Assembly: GCA_003614675.1 (NCBI GenBank) | Contig: ML002208.1 | Location: 62,001-110,356 of the forward strand | Length of the DNA stretch: 48,356 nucleotides | Direction: 5' to 3' | Origin: Dimargaris cristalligena | Lineage: Eukaryota | Shown here: piece by piece, positions 13,228 through 26,152 of the stretch | How the letters are laid out: the number at the start of each line of letters is the position of its first letter | How positions within the stretch are numbered: position 1 is the stretch's first letter | Translations under genes and position numbers: made by a program | Notes under the pieces: generated by a model | Seen by the model: only the letters and a program-made list of their open reading frames with translations | Databases searched by the model: none | What the model was told of the DNA's origin: nothing

Positions 13228-16200
13228 TGTTCCCGACTCCAGTATTCCCTAGGTCCATCTCCAGACCCCATACCCCCGATCCGTCCGCGACATTCCCCGC
13301 CCCGATAGTCTCCCGAGTCCTGCCCATCATTTTGGTGGCCCCTATTGTACGTATAATTTTTTTACTAATATGAATGGTCACATGCCATGCTGGGAGCAGG
13401 CCGCGCCGGTTGTTGTTTATATAAATTGTTTTGCCCGAATCATTGACTAATCGCTCTAGAAACGCCCAATTGGGTATAGCCAGGTTAATATGGCGCGGCC
13501 TGGATATCAACCACCTCGTGAACGCCGCATCACGAGCCCTCTTATTAAACGGGTTTCTTCCATTCTCCCATTGTAACCCAATACTTTTGAAACGTTTGAA
13601 CCGTATATAAATGTATATACACTTATATCTATATATAAAACCCAATTCCTAGAATTAAAGTCTGTTTCGCCGAATGGAATAAGGGCAAATACGCGTCCCC
13701 CCATCTGACCTGTTATATATTTCTTGGTTGTATCAGCTCCCTAATTTTAAGACCATGAATGAAGAAGCCAGAAAAAAATTGTACTTGGGATTTGGTTGAA
13801 GGGTGATCCCCCTCTTTGATAGTTTAATTACATCCCCTCGAAATAGTCCAACAGGGAAACCAACATATTAGCATAGTCCACATTTATCGTTGGTATCACT
13901 AAGCCGTTCAGTGGACTAGGAGTATATCAGCACAGTCGAGCCTGGGAATACTATCAGGCGGACAGTTGAGGAATGCGAAAAGGTGTAACACCGTTTTAAT
14001 AGACAGCGAAAGGAATGGGGTCATGTTGGATACACATGATAGGAAGGGACCCCTATAAAAGAAGATTCAATAACCCAAATAAATGGTCAGAAACTGGGAG
14101 GGGAGCTAGAAGTTCCCCGTTGGCCCTATTTGGATACCACCCCATTTCTGACTACCACTCGCTGGTGATTGAGTTTCAGGTTTCCTCTGGTCATTTGCTA
14201 GCAATTAAAACCAAAAAGAGGGCCCCTACTTTGCAGCGGGGGAGCCGGCTGCCGACATTATACCATCTACATGACTAAACCCAGTTGTCTATTCCCTCGA
14301 TTTATTAATAGTCAGGGTACATGTGCGTACGAGCAAATGGATTTTCCTAAACTTCCAGCGCCGGAGCGATTCGGGGCGGTCCGATGGGGGAGGTGAAGGA
14401 GATATTCAGTGTAGTGCCCAATCAGACGCGCCAGATAATTAAGCTGGGGTAGTATAGTTGGTGGTAGTCAGCTTAGCTACTGGCTGCAGGCATCACATGG
14501 GTGCTCCCTGTAAAAGGGTCTTGGGAAGGCTCCATAACACTTCAGGAGGCCCTGGCCAATCCGAGCGGTATACAGAAGGAGGCGGAGAGAAAAAGGGAAA
14601 GAATGGGGGACCACTATGCCCAAATTCCATGCTTGGTATATTATTATTCTGCCCCACCATTACGACGTGCCGCTGCTGAACCCATGCCTTCCCATTGTTG
14701 TATAAGGGCTGGTTCACCGGAGCGAAGAGTGACCGTTATCACTAATACCTCGAGTACGTATGTATCTCCATCAGGAAATAGCACGGCAGCCGGCGGTTAT
14801 TACTGCTAAGCAGGCCCGTCGGCTTTCGCGGCAATCCCACGCCCAGATACGCGGTGCCACTGACTAGGGATAAACGGTGGACTTCCAAGACCCCCATATC
14901 AGCCAGGAGCCGCACGAAGCCACTTCGGGCTGTCCTCTCCCTTCTCATTACTAGGATATTACATTGACAGGCTGGTCAGATCAGCGGGAACGCCGGAGTC
15001 AGTTGGATGGATAGACCGTTACGTGGCCCCTCGGATTCCAATCGGATTATAAGATTTTTCCCCGGTTCCATACTCTCCTCGGTAGTATCACCAACCCCTT
15101 TGCTGGAAATTCTTTTGGTTTGGGTGACTTACCAGGAAACGGGCGCAATCTCCAATTGAAAGAATCCGTTTGAGCCGGATGGACATTTCTACATTTTATA
15201 AAAATAACATCCACCCATTGGTCTCTTCCGATGCTAAGTCATAATTAGATTAATTACACGACCCCTCTGTTCCATCATTTTCGTCGAATATCTTGGCAAA
15301 AACCAATAACCCAGTAGGGGTGGCCATTGGGGATGCCAATAACATTCGTAAGGGATTGGTGCTATCATTTGATAAGTCAATTGCCCATTAGACCTTCTGG
15401 AGTTCTATTTGGCTTGAGGCAGAGTATCAGATAGCGGGATGGTCACTTCATTCTTAGCTCTCCAAATAACTGGCGATGGTGCCCACGCCATCGTAACCTG
15501 TATGAAAAAAAAACCCTGTCCCAATAATGGTCTTTTTTAGCAACCCCCTCCCCAATGGTGCGTCCCCTCGGCCCACCTACTTGAATCCCGCGGACAAGCC
15601 GGCAGGGGATGAAGGGTGGAATGGCAACGGCCGATGGCGCCGATAGTGGATCGATTAAGGCGGATTGTTTAGGAGGTGGGTGGTGCTTGTCCACTCTCCC
15701 TGGCCAACGAGGCGACCTTTACCGGCCTCAGAGTAGGACCGGTTAGAGAATTTGACAATGTACGATCGAAGGTGACACAGTGCTAGCTCAGGAATTGGTT
15801 TTTCGCTGCTCGGTTGGGGTTCGTGATGCCCTAGAAGTGGACTGTGGTCACCCCGCCCCAATTACAGGGTCCCCTAAGGCGCCCTTTACAGGACTTCAAC
15901 CTATCGGACCATCAGTGAGACAATGGGAGCATTGCTTTCCCGTTCCCGCAGTCACAAATAGGCCTTGGCGGGGATATTTAAGGCATACTATATACCTAGA
16001 GCCGCTCCTCTCGTGCCGTAAATGGACCAGTTCCATGGACTACGGTAAGTGGCCCGCCTTCCGTTAGCGAACAGTGGTCACCATAAACCAAGGGGAGCAT
16101 CCGTATGGGGTGATCGGTCGTCGGGGGACATCTCCCACCGCCCACATGGCCCCCCTATTTAACCAATTCTGACCGGTTTGACCCCAGCGGGCTACCTTTC

Positions 16201-17076
16201 CTAGCCAGGTCGGCCCATTTAATTGTAAACCGGCCATTCTTAATCCACATTACCTTGCTAGGGTCTGTATCAGAAGGCTAAAGACTGCCTACCTGGTCGA
16301 CATTGAATTGCCTTGGTTTGGCCAAATTGACCCTAGCGTGTGCAACCCAAACCCTTTGGATACTGAATCAGTGTTGTTGTTACCTGCGCTGGTCCAAGAC
16401 ACCTAATGCCAGCCTTGGCAATATATGGGTGAAATGGGCCAAGTTGATGAGAAGCCGTGTTACCTCACCTCCTCCGCTTTGGACTTTGGCTGCATCGACC
16501 TCTTCAATTTCTCACCCCCACGATGCCGCCTACTGGGGGTTCGCATCCCCACACGCTAGGCAGCTGCGAGTAAGAGCACCACCAATGGGTCATTTTGTGC
16601 AGCTTGTAATATAAAATAGAGAAAGTGGCCCAATGGCCGTTTATAAACGAAATGAATATAAATGGTGGCGTCGCTAATACAAATACACTGGCAAAAAATT
16701 TGACAGATTTCTAGTATGGCGTCAATATTATCGATGACTCCACTTTTATTAGTGAGGTAATTCAACCTTCACTGCTAGCCGCCGTCGTTCCCACGCGAAG
16801 CAGCATCACCAGCCGGATTTCTCATTGTCATTTTTAGCGATATTCAACCGTGATAATAGCTGAAGTACGGCATGGTTAGACGCAGACAATACCATCCTCG
16901 ATATAAATTTCTACAACTCCCCACCCACTGTTAGGTATGTGTTAACTGACATTTACTCATCGGAGTTCCCGCACCGCCACCCTCTAACCCTTGAATACCA
17001 CCCGAAAACTGCATGTATCAGACCCGATATGGATCGGCGTATGCAATGGTCCTAACTACTGATAATTTACCCGAAA

Positions 17077-17092
17077 GGGGGGGGGGGGGGGG
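17077..17092. repeat. G16 homopolymer, with GT-rich and (GAGAGT)3 low-complexity sequence shortly downstream
   Basis: Directly visible. Confidence 0.9.
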
Positions 17093-20062
17093 TTTGGACG
17101 AATACGATAATTATTTGGGTTGGTGGTGGGGGTGAGAGTGAGAGTGAGAGTGGTGGCCAAGAGTTTACAGTAGAAATGGTGATGACCATCGACTAGCCAT
17201 TATGGATCCCTCGCTTCCCAAGCGAAAAATAAAATCAACGGCGTACGAACGATTATCAAATGCCTTTTGAAGTAGAACAGATAATACCGAGCGCCCATCC
17301 GCCATTCTGGCTATCAAGAAATAAAGATTGGGATTTTATTGATAGACAAGGATGCGGATTTTTCTTCCCGGAACAGCTCATGTTTTGGGGAGATTGGCGC
17401 GTTGATGACTTTAGGACATGGTCGCCATTAGCCAGAGACGAGGGTAGTAGACGTAAAAAGGGATAAGTAGTAAGGCAATCAAGGGCAAAGAGATAATATT
17501 GGAGGTTTGGAGAAGGCCCTAAAATCCGCTATTTTCCCTTATCGAGGTTGCTATACTTTATTAATGTTAAGGGAAGCTCTCTTATTTGGGGTCCAAAATG
17601 ACTATTGTACGCATTGGTAATTAATACAACATCCCCTTATCAAATAGCTTAACTGTCAATCGAGCCTCTCTATAATCTACACGCTTGAGACCAACCCTGT
17701 CCTGCATCTAGGAATCCAAGTGACTAGCCATCTGGTGGCGTCCAAATATATGGTCTAATATTGGTTTAAAATATCTGGGGGTTCATAACTATAGCATGAA
17801 AAATTCCTAGTTTGATAGCGGAGTAAAATGAAGGTGCAGAAAACCGCAACCTTGATAAAATATCAGGTAATCACTTACCCTCGTCATACTATACGCATAT
17901 AATTATTATAGGCGCCGCTCATTTGAATTTCATTGTGGATAATTGTATAATCACATCGGCATACAATTTTTGTACATGTTCCTTCAAAAAAGATAGACAA
18001 GTGGAATAAGTTCGGGACCGGGGGAGGGGGGGTTAAAGGGAGAATCATCAGGTTTGTTGACAACCCGGTCTAAATATGTTGTTGAGCATCCCACCTATAT
18101 TCGTAAACTACCAATTACGCGCGAAGAAATTGCTCGAATGTAGCTTAGGAAGGTCCCAGGTTAACTTTGATTTTCCCTAATTAAAGCCGCCGATGCAGAT
18201 GAGCTCTATTGGGTCGGCAACCAGGCCATCAGTGCCTATTTAGTATATATCGGGTGCGACATCAATGTAAAGTGAACCACCGATGGCCAATGAATGCATA
18301 CCCTGCGTATAGTGGCATAATGGCCGCCAAATGGTTAGGTTTGAACCAAAGCAAAGTTACATGGAGGGTGCAGGGTTCTATGGATAAGTACGAAGGATAA
18401 ATGAATGAGGCCATGCCATTAGGGTTATATTGAAGGAGTACTAGTGGCCCTTATCCAATGGAAGCTGAGGGCATGTTCCTTCCAGGCTTAATCAGTATTG
18501 ATAAGACACATTGACATCAAAGATGTAATACGAAATGGCGATGTTGATAACGTATGGGATAATGTTTGATTGACCGGATGGAGCATCACACTGTTTATCG
18601 ATTGCAACATTGTCTAGGTGACTATTATGCCTGGGACACTGACGGGGTTGATGTTAAGCTGCCAAAATTGATGGTGCCCATGGACTGCTGCTAAGCGGAG
18701 GGCTGATCCATCGTACAGAGAGAATCCCCCCTTTAAACCTCACAGGGCATTCAATAGAACACCTGGCGGAAATGTTAAAAAAATATCGTAATTGAGTTTG
18801 TGATTTCCACGTATTCTCATTGAGGTAAAATCTTACCCATGTGAGAAAAAGGGGTAGAAAGGGTGGGGGGGGGTCATTTTACAAAATATGTTGGCTGAGT
18901 CCCTCAAAGGGGAGGAGAATCATTAGATTATTTGAAGAAATATATATGAAAATGGGGGGAGATACACCGGTTTAAACTGTTATGGAAACTGCAATGGCTC
19001 ACACCGCTGAATTGGTGTTGCCCGTTCTATCCGCTGAGGATATGCAGCGGGGTCGACTCATAGACTGCTATTGGTGCCGACTATTATTATCAATAACGTG
19101 TATTTTGTAGGCAAGTTATACTCGATGGTTAAATAATAGTCTAAACTCCGTGTTAATGTGGGGTTTTGTTTGTGATGGTCCTTAATCGACGCGGGATATG
19201 ATATGGAATAAAAATTCGGTGAAGTTGATTTTTTGAATATGGGGAACGTTGCACCCCCACTCAATATAAATGGTTTTGGGGTCAGGGAATATCGCATAAA
19301 TCCCTCGCGTAGACTAAGTGCTATTACTAAACACCCCATTTAATTATAGTTGAAGTGTGGCCCATTTTCTAATTTTGGGGGCATTCCACGTACACTGATG
19401 GATATGAAAATAATAGATTTGAGGGGGAAACGGCAGAGTGAGGTCACCACAATTGCGCCATTTAAAGCGACCGGTAATTATAGGTGAAGGCATATTATAT
19501 TAGAACAGTAAAAAATGGTACAGTTCTAGGGATTCAAACGGTACGAATGGGTGAGCCCATGGGCAGTGTAGGATGTCTAGGATAGTGATTTCGATGATAC
19601 AGAGTGACTTCGCGTCACATAATAGTGTATTGGTCGTCTTGGGAGTCCTTTGAAAAATTCTGAATTTAGAGTCAGGTCAGCTGAGTGGAAAACGTCGGTA
19701 GTCTATTTATCGTGTCGTCTACACTTGCAGAGCGGCTAACTAGGGCTGGATCGGCTTTAAATAGGAAAGGCGCTAACTAACCAACGGCCCAGCAACCAAT
19801 TGAAAAGGCCTATTTTTTACATCAGCAATTGAGTGACGATACCATGTTTATGAGCCTTCGACATGCGGGTGCAGCTTGAAATGCTGAAGCACTTGTAACC
19901 GTTTTTCCGCGACATTGTTTTACCAGTCCTTATTTAGTTATTTTTATTCCTAGTCGGACCCTTCCATTTAGCCCATCTTACGCTAAGCTGTGTAATTCGC
20001 TACATACCACTCATCTATCGGTTATTCCGCGCTACTCAAATTCCATTGCCCTACATTTTATC

Positions 20063-21554
20063 ATGCGGCTGACAGTCGATCTCATTCAACAATCGCCCAC
20101 GTTCATTAACGCTGTTAAGGATCGGGAACTCGATCTAAGAGGTAGGCCGCGACTTTCTAATAGACCATCCTGCCTCCCATTGGGGCGAAACCATAAACCT
20201 AAAACCATTGGCATGTACTACCGCTTCCCAGTGGGGCAGCGTATAAGCAACCTCCGGCTAATCCTTTTGCGCGTGTTTGTGCCATATATTCACTGGAACT
20301 AAAGGCAATAAAATCGCGACTATCGAGAACCTCGGCGCCACTAAAGTAAGTTACGTTATTTCAATACGGGGTTATATACTACAACCAACCCTGCCGCGCG
20401 TTAAAAATACGGAGACATCCACCATTATATCCGGACTGTATTTAAAGGATAGTCAAGCCGACCACCTTGCTTAGTATCCCATTTTATTATTCTTCCTAAC
20501 AACCGAGCTATAATCATTTGCGCTAAACCTCGAATCAGGACCTCAATGATACACTGAACTTTTGCGACAATGACTTGCGGAAATTGGACAATTTACCGCT
20601 TCTTATGCGGCTTCGGACGCTGCTAATTAGCAATAACAGAGTGCGGACCATTGAGCCCAATTTCGCGCAGAAAGTCCCGCAACTTGAGACCTTAGTACTG
20701 ACCAAAAATCTCATTAGCCACCTGGTTGACCTCGAGCCCCTCCGTGGCCTTCCATACCTACAATACCTTTCGTTGCTGGATAATCCGGTCACGAAGGAAA
20801 AACACTACCGGTCCTGGGTGATTTGGCGGCTTCCCTCGGTTCGTGTCCTCGACTTTCAGAGGATTAAGCAAAAGGTACGTATGGCCATGTATAGATCATC
20901 CTGTTTTCGGTTTTGAAAACCCCCTGGGCCACTGTCATTTTTACTGACTTCGAATTGCGTAGCCGACTATATAGATGTTGACTTAGACTTGAAAGGGTTT
21001 ATGTATCACACAAACCACTACGTATACTGATTGTATATATTGACTGTGCAATTTCGAAACATACTTGACCATGGCGGGTTATTGTTGAACTAGATCTAAT
21101 TATAGAATGTATTCCCTCTATTGATTTGTTGACGATCTACTTCCTTACGCATATTCCGGAGCAGGAGCGACAGGATGCTGCCAAGCTATTTAGCGTAGGT
21201 AAAGGCGAAATGACCTCCTTGGCCAAGTCAATTTTGGATATTGACACCAATACCTTTGTACCCGGTGAAGGCGTGGTCGGCAACGAAGCCGATAGCGGCG
21301 ATGCGATGGATGCCGCGCCGTCCAGTGGTTCGGCACTGGCTGAGCAACAGGCCCAGCTGCGGGATCGGATAGCGCAGAGTACTTCGTTTATCGCTGGCGT
21401 CCAGCGATTGGAGAATCTGATGGATGCCGGCCATATTGCGGGTGGACTGGCCCACCGGGCACCTGGTCAGAAGTCTACCGTCCCTAATGAGGTTGATGAA
21501 TTTTCCATGACGGTTGACCAGGCCCAAGATAAATCGGATACTGAGATGCAGTAA
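20063..21554 (+). CDS. LEA1: U2 snRNP protein A' (Lea1/SNRPA1), about 281 aa; exons 20063-20141, 20305-20345, 20539-20874, 21165-21554
   Basis: Spliced product MRLTVDLIQQSPTFINAVKDRELDLRGNKIATIENLGATKDLNDTLNFCDNDLRKLDNLPLLMRLRTLLISNNRV...LLDNPVTKEKHYRSWVIWRLPSVRVLDFQRIKQKERQDA has the U2A' LRRs and LRRcap. All three GT-AG introns keep frame. Confidence 0.96.
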
Positions 21555-22296
21555 ACTGGTCCGAGCAGTCTATAATTTTCTGAACCGGCAATTCGCCCCC
21601 ACCTGGCATACTATCCTACATTACCCAGACCTCCCTATCCTCAGTGGTCTATGTATCGAACAATAAATACACCTGTAGTGACCGCGATATTTTACCTATA
21701 CCTGGGCGCTTTAGAATATGTATTTATCGAATAATGTTAAAAGTAACGAATTTGTTAGAGTAGCGGGGAAACAAGTGTAAATTGGCAACTCTAGCGGGCA
21801 TCCGGTTTAACCGTGCTTAAATATCTGAACCACCTACGATTACTGCTCTAGTATATTATGCACATGTTCAGATAATGGATACACTACCGACAAGCCACGG
21901 CCAACCCGTACAACAAGGAGGAGTGTGGTCTGGTACAGGTATTAATGATTAACGACTGGTACAGCTAATTAATACAGTCAAGTAATGGCCCTCAGACAAA
22001 TGAGCTACGCAGGCGGCCCATTCAGTCCTGGGCACCGTGCCAACTATTGCTCAAAATCCATGGATTTCTCATTGTCTGGGAATAAAAATATTCTATTCAG
22101 AGGGGATACGCCAGACAAACTCCCCACCCACCATTTTTAACGCCCGAAGCGCTTTTTTTGCCTACTGCCTAGCCCGTTGCATCTTTGTTACCCTTTTAGG
22201 CTCCCATCGCGCTAACTGCCTTATCGAGCCGACCGCCCGACGAACCGCCAGTCCGGTATTGCGTTTGCTCAATCCACTTTTTATTCCTATTTAGTC

Positions 22297-24252
22297 ATGA
22301 ACCCAACCCCGAGCAGCTCCAATGACGTAGGTCGTAAACTTAAAAAGACCTGTGACCTCTGCTCGGCCCGCCGCTACCGGTGCAATGGCCTGAATCCCTG
22401 CAGCAGCTGTGAGCGCCGGCTGGTGGTCTGCCACTACAGTTACTACCCCCGACGCAAGGCGGTGCCTGAACCTCTGGCCCGGATTGTCGTGGTGTCCGAG
22501 CCACAACCTCCCCGAGACATTGTCGTTCCAGCCCCCCCACGACTTCTACCACCAACACCAGTGGCAGCATTAGTACCAGCACCAGCACCAGCACCACCAC
22601 CAACCCAACCCATGCTTCCTCTCATTCCGCGGGCTGAGGTAGTAGTGGTCAACTCTCGTCCACTGAACCAGGCCGAATGCGGTATCCAAAGCCGCCTTGA
22701 TATCCTCGCGGCCATGTTGCTGGGCATGCACTTGACTACGCCCCTGATGGGCCCCCCACCGACCCCGGCGGATTCCAGGTCAAAGAACTCCCCGCTGTCG
22801 CCGCTCTTTCGCTATCGCGCGTTTCTGGATAACATGGTGTGGACGGCCACCACTATGCCTACCCTCCCCCAGCTGTCCCGAATCACTCGCCGGGTGTTGA
22901 CCCTGACCGAGGCAGTCTACATCTTGCCCCGTGCCTTACCCTACGATGATCACTCCATCTACCACCTGAGCACCGTTCGGGTCCTGGTGTCCTACTTCTT
23001 TGACCATTTTGTGTACTGGGAACCCTTCCTGCAGCTGCAGCGGTTCTACATTCGACTGGCCCAGGGCAAGGTGCCCCCATCGCTATTTAATGCCATCCTG
23101 GCCTTCGCCAGCCAGCTCTATAGTGATCCCGAAACTAAGGAGAACCCCTACACCCCGTTACAGGCCGAGTACATTGCTCGAGCTGAAAGTGGGTTATTCG
23201 ATGACATGGACTGCCCTAGCCTGGACACCGTTACCACGATTACTATCCTGGCCATGATTTCGTGCAATATCGGGGAGACGGAGCGCTTAAACACCTACAT
23301 GGCCATTATCCACCGCACGTGTAGTGCACTCGGCCTCCATCTCGTCGATTCCCCTTCGGTCCAGGCCCGTACCGTTCGTCCCCTCACCCGCCACCAGCAC
23401 GTCCTGTTTGAGGTCCAGCGCCGGGCATTTTGGAGCTCGCTGTTCCTCACTTCCCTGGCGGGCCTCATTGAGAAAACCACCTCCTACTTCGACACTGAGT
23501 CCGCCCACGTCGAAGGGGCCGATGACCTAGATTTCACCGATTTCTTCCTAACGGATGACCCAGACAACCTACTGCCCACTATCGTCTGTCCCCTTTACAG
23601 CGGCCTGTCCACCACGTCCTACGCCCGCGAGCTCGTCTTCATCAACAACGAGATTGCGCGCTACATGGGCCACAGTCGCGTAGAGGGTCGCGCCAGCATA
23701 GTCGAAATCCAGCAGTTTCATGCGGCGCTAGACCATTGGTTCGCCTCCCTTCCGCCCGCCTTTGTCCTGACCCGCGCCAACGTCCGGGACGCGACGGATG
23801 CCGACTACGTACTATCCTTCCGCAATATCACCTTGATGCAATTGGCCTACTACCTGGCCGTCTTTGTAATCAACTCCGAACCACTGCTTGAGCGACTGGG
23901 GTCTGACTCCGCCTCCGAAACTTTCAAGAACCATTGTCGGGAACGGTCGTGGGCGGCCCTGGCGGATCTGGTGGAGGTCATTGTGGTCCCATCCTTCCGG
24001 CTCCCCGTCGGGGTGCGACCCCTCAACAGTTTTCTCTACGCTTGGTATGGTTTGGAGGCATGTACCGTCCATCTTAAAAACTCCCACCCTGCCCAGCGCG
24101 CGCGGTACTACGGCTCTTTAAGCGCTATTTATAATGTCACCCGCGACTACGCCCCCGTCTCCCGGTTTAGTCGTGCTTTGCGAAACATGTTTGCCACGAC
24201 CATGAATGATATTGGCTTTTCCTGGGACGCTATTGTCGCTCAGGCATACTGA
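22297..24252 (+). CDS. Zn(II)2Cys6 (GAL4-type) transcription factor with fungal-specific TF middle-homology domain, 651 aa, intronless
   Basis: CDLCSARRYRCNGLNPCSSCERRLVVC fits C-x2-C-x6-C-x5-C-x2-C-x6-C. Pro-rich linker; YFFDHF..PFL, LFNAILAFAS, LGLH and EVQRRAFW motifs match the Fungal_trans domain. Confidence 0.93.
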   Translation: MNPTPSSSNDVGRKLKKTCDLCSARRYRCNGLNPCSSCERRLVVCHYSYYPRRKAVPEPLARIVVVSEPQPPRDIVVPAPPRLLPPTPVAALVPAPAPAPPPTQPMLPLIPRAEVVVVNSRPLNQAECGIQSRLDILAAMLLGMHLTTPLMGPPPTPADSRSKNSPLSPLFRYRAFLDNMVWTATTMPTLPQLSRITRRVLTLTEAVYILPRALPYDDHSIYHLSTVRVLVSYFFDHFVYWEPFLQLQRFYIRLAQGKVPPSLFNAILAFASQLYSDPETKENPYTPLQAEYIARAESGLFDDMDCPSLDTVTTITILAMISCNIGETERLNTYMAIIHRTCSALGLHLVDSPSVQARTVRPLTRHQHVLFEVQRRAFWSSLFLTSLAGLIEKTTSYFDTESAHVEGADDLDFTDFFLTDDPDNLLPTIVCPLYSGLSTTSYARELVFINNEIARYMGHSRVEGRASIVEIQQFHAALDHWFASLPPAFVLTRANVRDATDADYVLSFRNITLMQLAYYLAVFVINSEPLLERLGSDSASETFKNHCRERSWAALADLVEVIVVPSFRLPVGVRPLNSFLYAWYGLEACTVHLKNSHPAQRARYYGSLSAIYNVTRDYAPVSRFSRALRNMFATTMNDIGFSWDAIVAQAY

Positions 24253-25231
24253 TGTAGTTCCACAACTTCTCTTATCATGACCATTACGAAATAATGTTCA
24301 GCCTCATAAATGACGCGCGTTACTTGGGTTTATTTATTTATTTATTATTATTCCCCTCTGTGATTACTATTATATACGTGGATATTTTATCATCCACTAC
24401 GACTATAGGCATTATGTTATTTTTATATCATTTCTATTTCCATTAATAAAGACCGGTGACGGGGCTGTTGGACAAGGTAGATTCTAGTAGAAAATGCAGT
24501 AAATGTGCATGGGGAAGAGTGCCGCACCACTTGAATGATACGGTAAATGTCGGGATAGAGGGTAATATTTACTGATATCTGGTTAATCCGAGCAACACCA
24601 CAAACTTAGGTCTATAAAAGTTATCCAAAGAAAGCTAGCTAGGCATGCTATAATAGGAATATACCCAATGCAATAATGCGTAGTAGAGTAGAAAATTTAT
24701 TCTCTCTAGGGTTGAGTAAACCTATGTTAGCGGTCGCGTACTGAACGTCTGAAAATAGACTATACCTGAATTGGGCAGGACGGGGATTTATTAATGACGG
24801 ACAGTATACCAATATGTGCGCCATCAATATAGCAAAAAAAACGACCGTAAAACCTCCAAGCGGGTCTCAGCTGTGGCTTGTTATGATAATCGGCCAGGCG
24901 TATGCCCATTTAACCCGTTCAACTACGAAACATACCAAACCCAAAGCAATTGTACCCCCCAATGCTTCACCTACCCCAGGCTACTCTCCCAGCCCTTTGA
25001 TACTCCGTCGGACTCTGGCGACTAACAGGGAGGCATGGCTAAAGATCTACGGCACTTGACTGGGGTATAATAATAATAATAACAATCAGTGATTTATAAA
25101 CATAAGTATCGATCAATGGATCTCCGAAAAAAAATTAAAGGCCAGAATAAATGTAAGAATTTCTATTACAAATATACCCAATACCCAAGGTGCTGCGAAA
25201 CCAGGTGATTCATACCCAGTCAGAATATTAG

Positions 25232-26152
25232 CTAGTACTGGTAAGCGGGTGGCGGCCCCTGGTGATGCTCCTGACCGTAGTCATTCGACGCGGGATTGGG
25301 ATCGGTTCGCTGGTAAGCCGGAGTAGCCCCCGGACCGTGTGGGGGGCTCTGGGACGGGAAGAACCGCACAGATAGTTCGCAGGGGCCATCAGCACCCACC
25401 GTAGGGAACAGCGGTCCACGGACATTACTAAAGGCGATGCCAAGCGGCCGCTGATTACAGAAGAACAGGACCTGGCCGGGGGACCGACAGTATTGGATGG
25501 CCACCACGTCACCCTGACCGAAGGAGGGACCGTAATCCCGACCGCCCTCGGGATCATTATAGTATTTGCGTCCGTCGTCGCTGTGGTAACCGACACTCTC
25601 CGCGTTCCATCCCGGCAGCCGGAAGGGGGGATAGGGCCGCGAAGCCAAACCCACGGCAATGACTGTCTGGGGGGCCTTGCGCACCACGGTCACTTCATAC
25701 GCATCAATCTCGAACTGATCCAGCACCGAACTAGGGAGCGGCAGATCGGTTTGGATGGACGAGTCCAGTTCGTACAGAAACCGGAACGACGTGGGCGAGG
25801 TGAACTGGACATTAACGGGTCCTTGGCCGTAGTCGTAATAAGCCGACGGGGTGCCCTTCATCCCAAACAGCGGGGGGTGGACAAACCGGTGGGACGATAG
25901 ACCCTGCTGTCGGAGGCGGTCCCAGTCCGACGGGTTGAGATGGGTCAGTTGGCGCTCGGGGGGGAACTGGCGCTGGAACGTTTCTCCCAACTCGTAATGG
26001 TCCACAGTCGCATTCTTGGTGGGCGAAAATAGGTGGCTGGACTCGGGGCAGGCGGCGGCCTGGCTGTAGCTCGGGGGCACGGCATTGGGGTCGTAGTTCC
26101 CGCTATTATTGCTACTGCCCTGCCCCGGGCGGTTGAAGTTGAAGAGCGGCAT
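25232..26152 (-). CDS. SPRY/B30.2 domain protein, Ssh4/Ear1-like, with PPxY motifs; about 306 aa from ATG 26152
   Basis: SIQTDLPLP, YEVTV, IAVGLASRPYPPFRLPGWNAESVGYHSDDGRKY and YGPSFGQGDVV are characteristic of the Ssh4-type SPRY domain. PPSY and PPAY motifs lie at the two ends. The ORF-track start at 26218 is a TTG; the first ATG is 26152. Confidence 0.88.
   Translation of the reverse strand: MPLFNFNRPGQGSSNNSGNYDPNAVPPSYSQAAACPESSHLFSPTKNATVDHYELGETFQRQFPPERQLTHLNPSDWDRLRQQGLSSHRFVHPPLFGMKGTPSAYYDYGQGPVNVQFTSPTSFRFLYELDSSIQTDLPLPSSVLDQFEIDAYEVTVVRKAPQTVIAVGLASRPYPPFRLPGWNAESVGYHSDDGRKYYNDPEGGRDYGPSFGQGDVVAIQYCRSPGQVLFFCNQRPLGIAFSNVRGPLFPTVGADGPCELSVRFFPSQSPPHGPGATPAYQRTDPNPASNDYGQEHHQGPPPAYQY

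Noticed and set aside
15133-15188. Exon-like 56-nt minus-strand segment flanked by TAG and GTAAGT
   Set aside because: No partner exons give a recognisable protein, and such sites arise by chance.
18673-18712. Ankyrin-like peptide DGSALRLAAVHGH on the minus strand
   Set aside because: Isolated, followed by non-ankyrin sequence and a stop; no second repeat.
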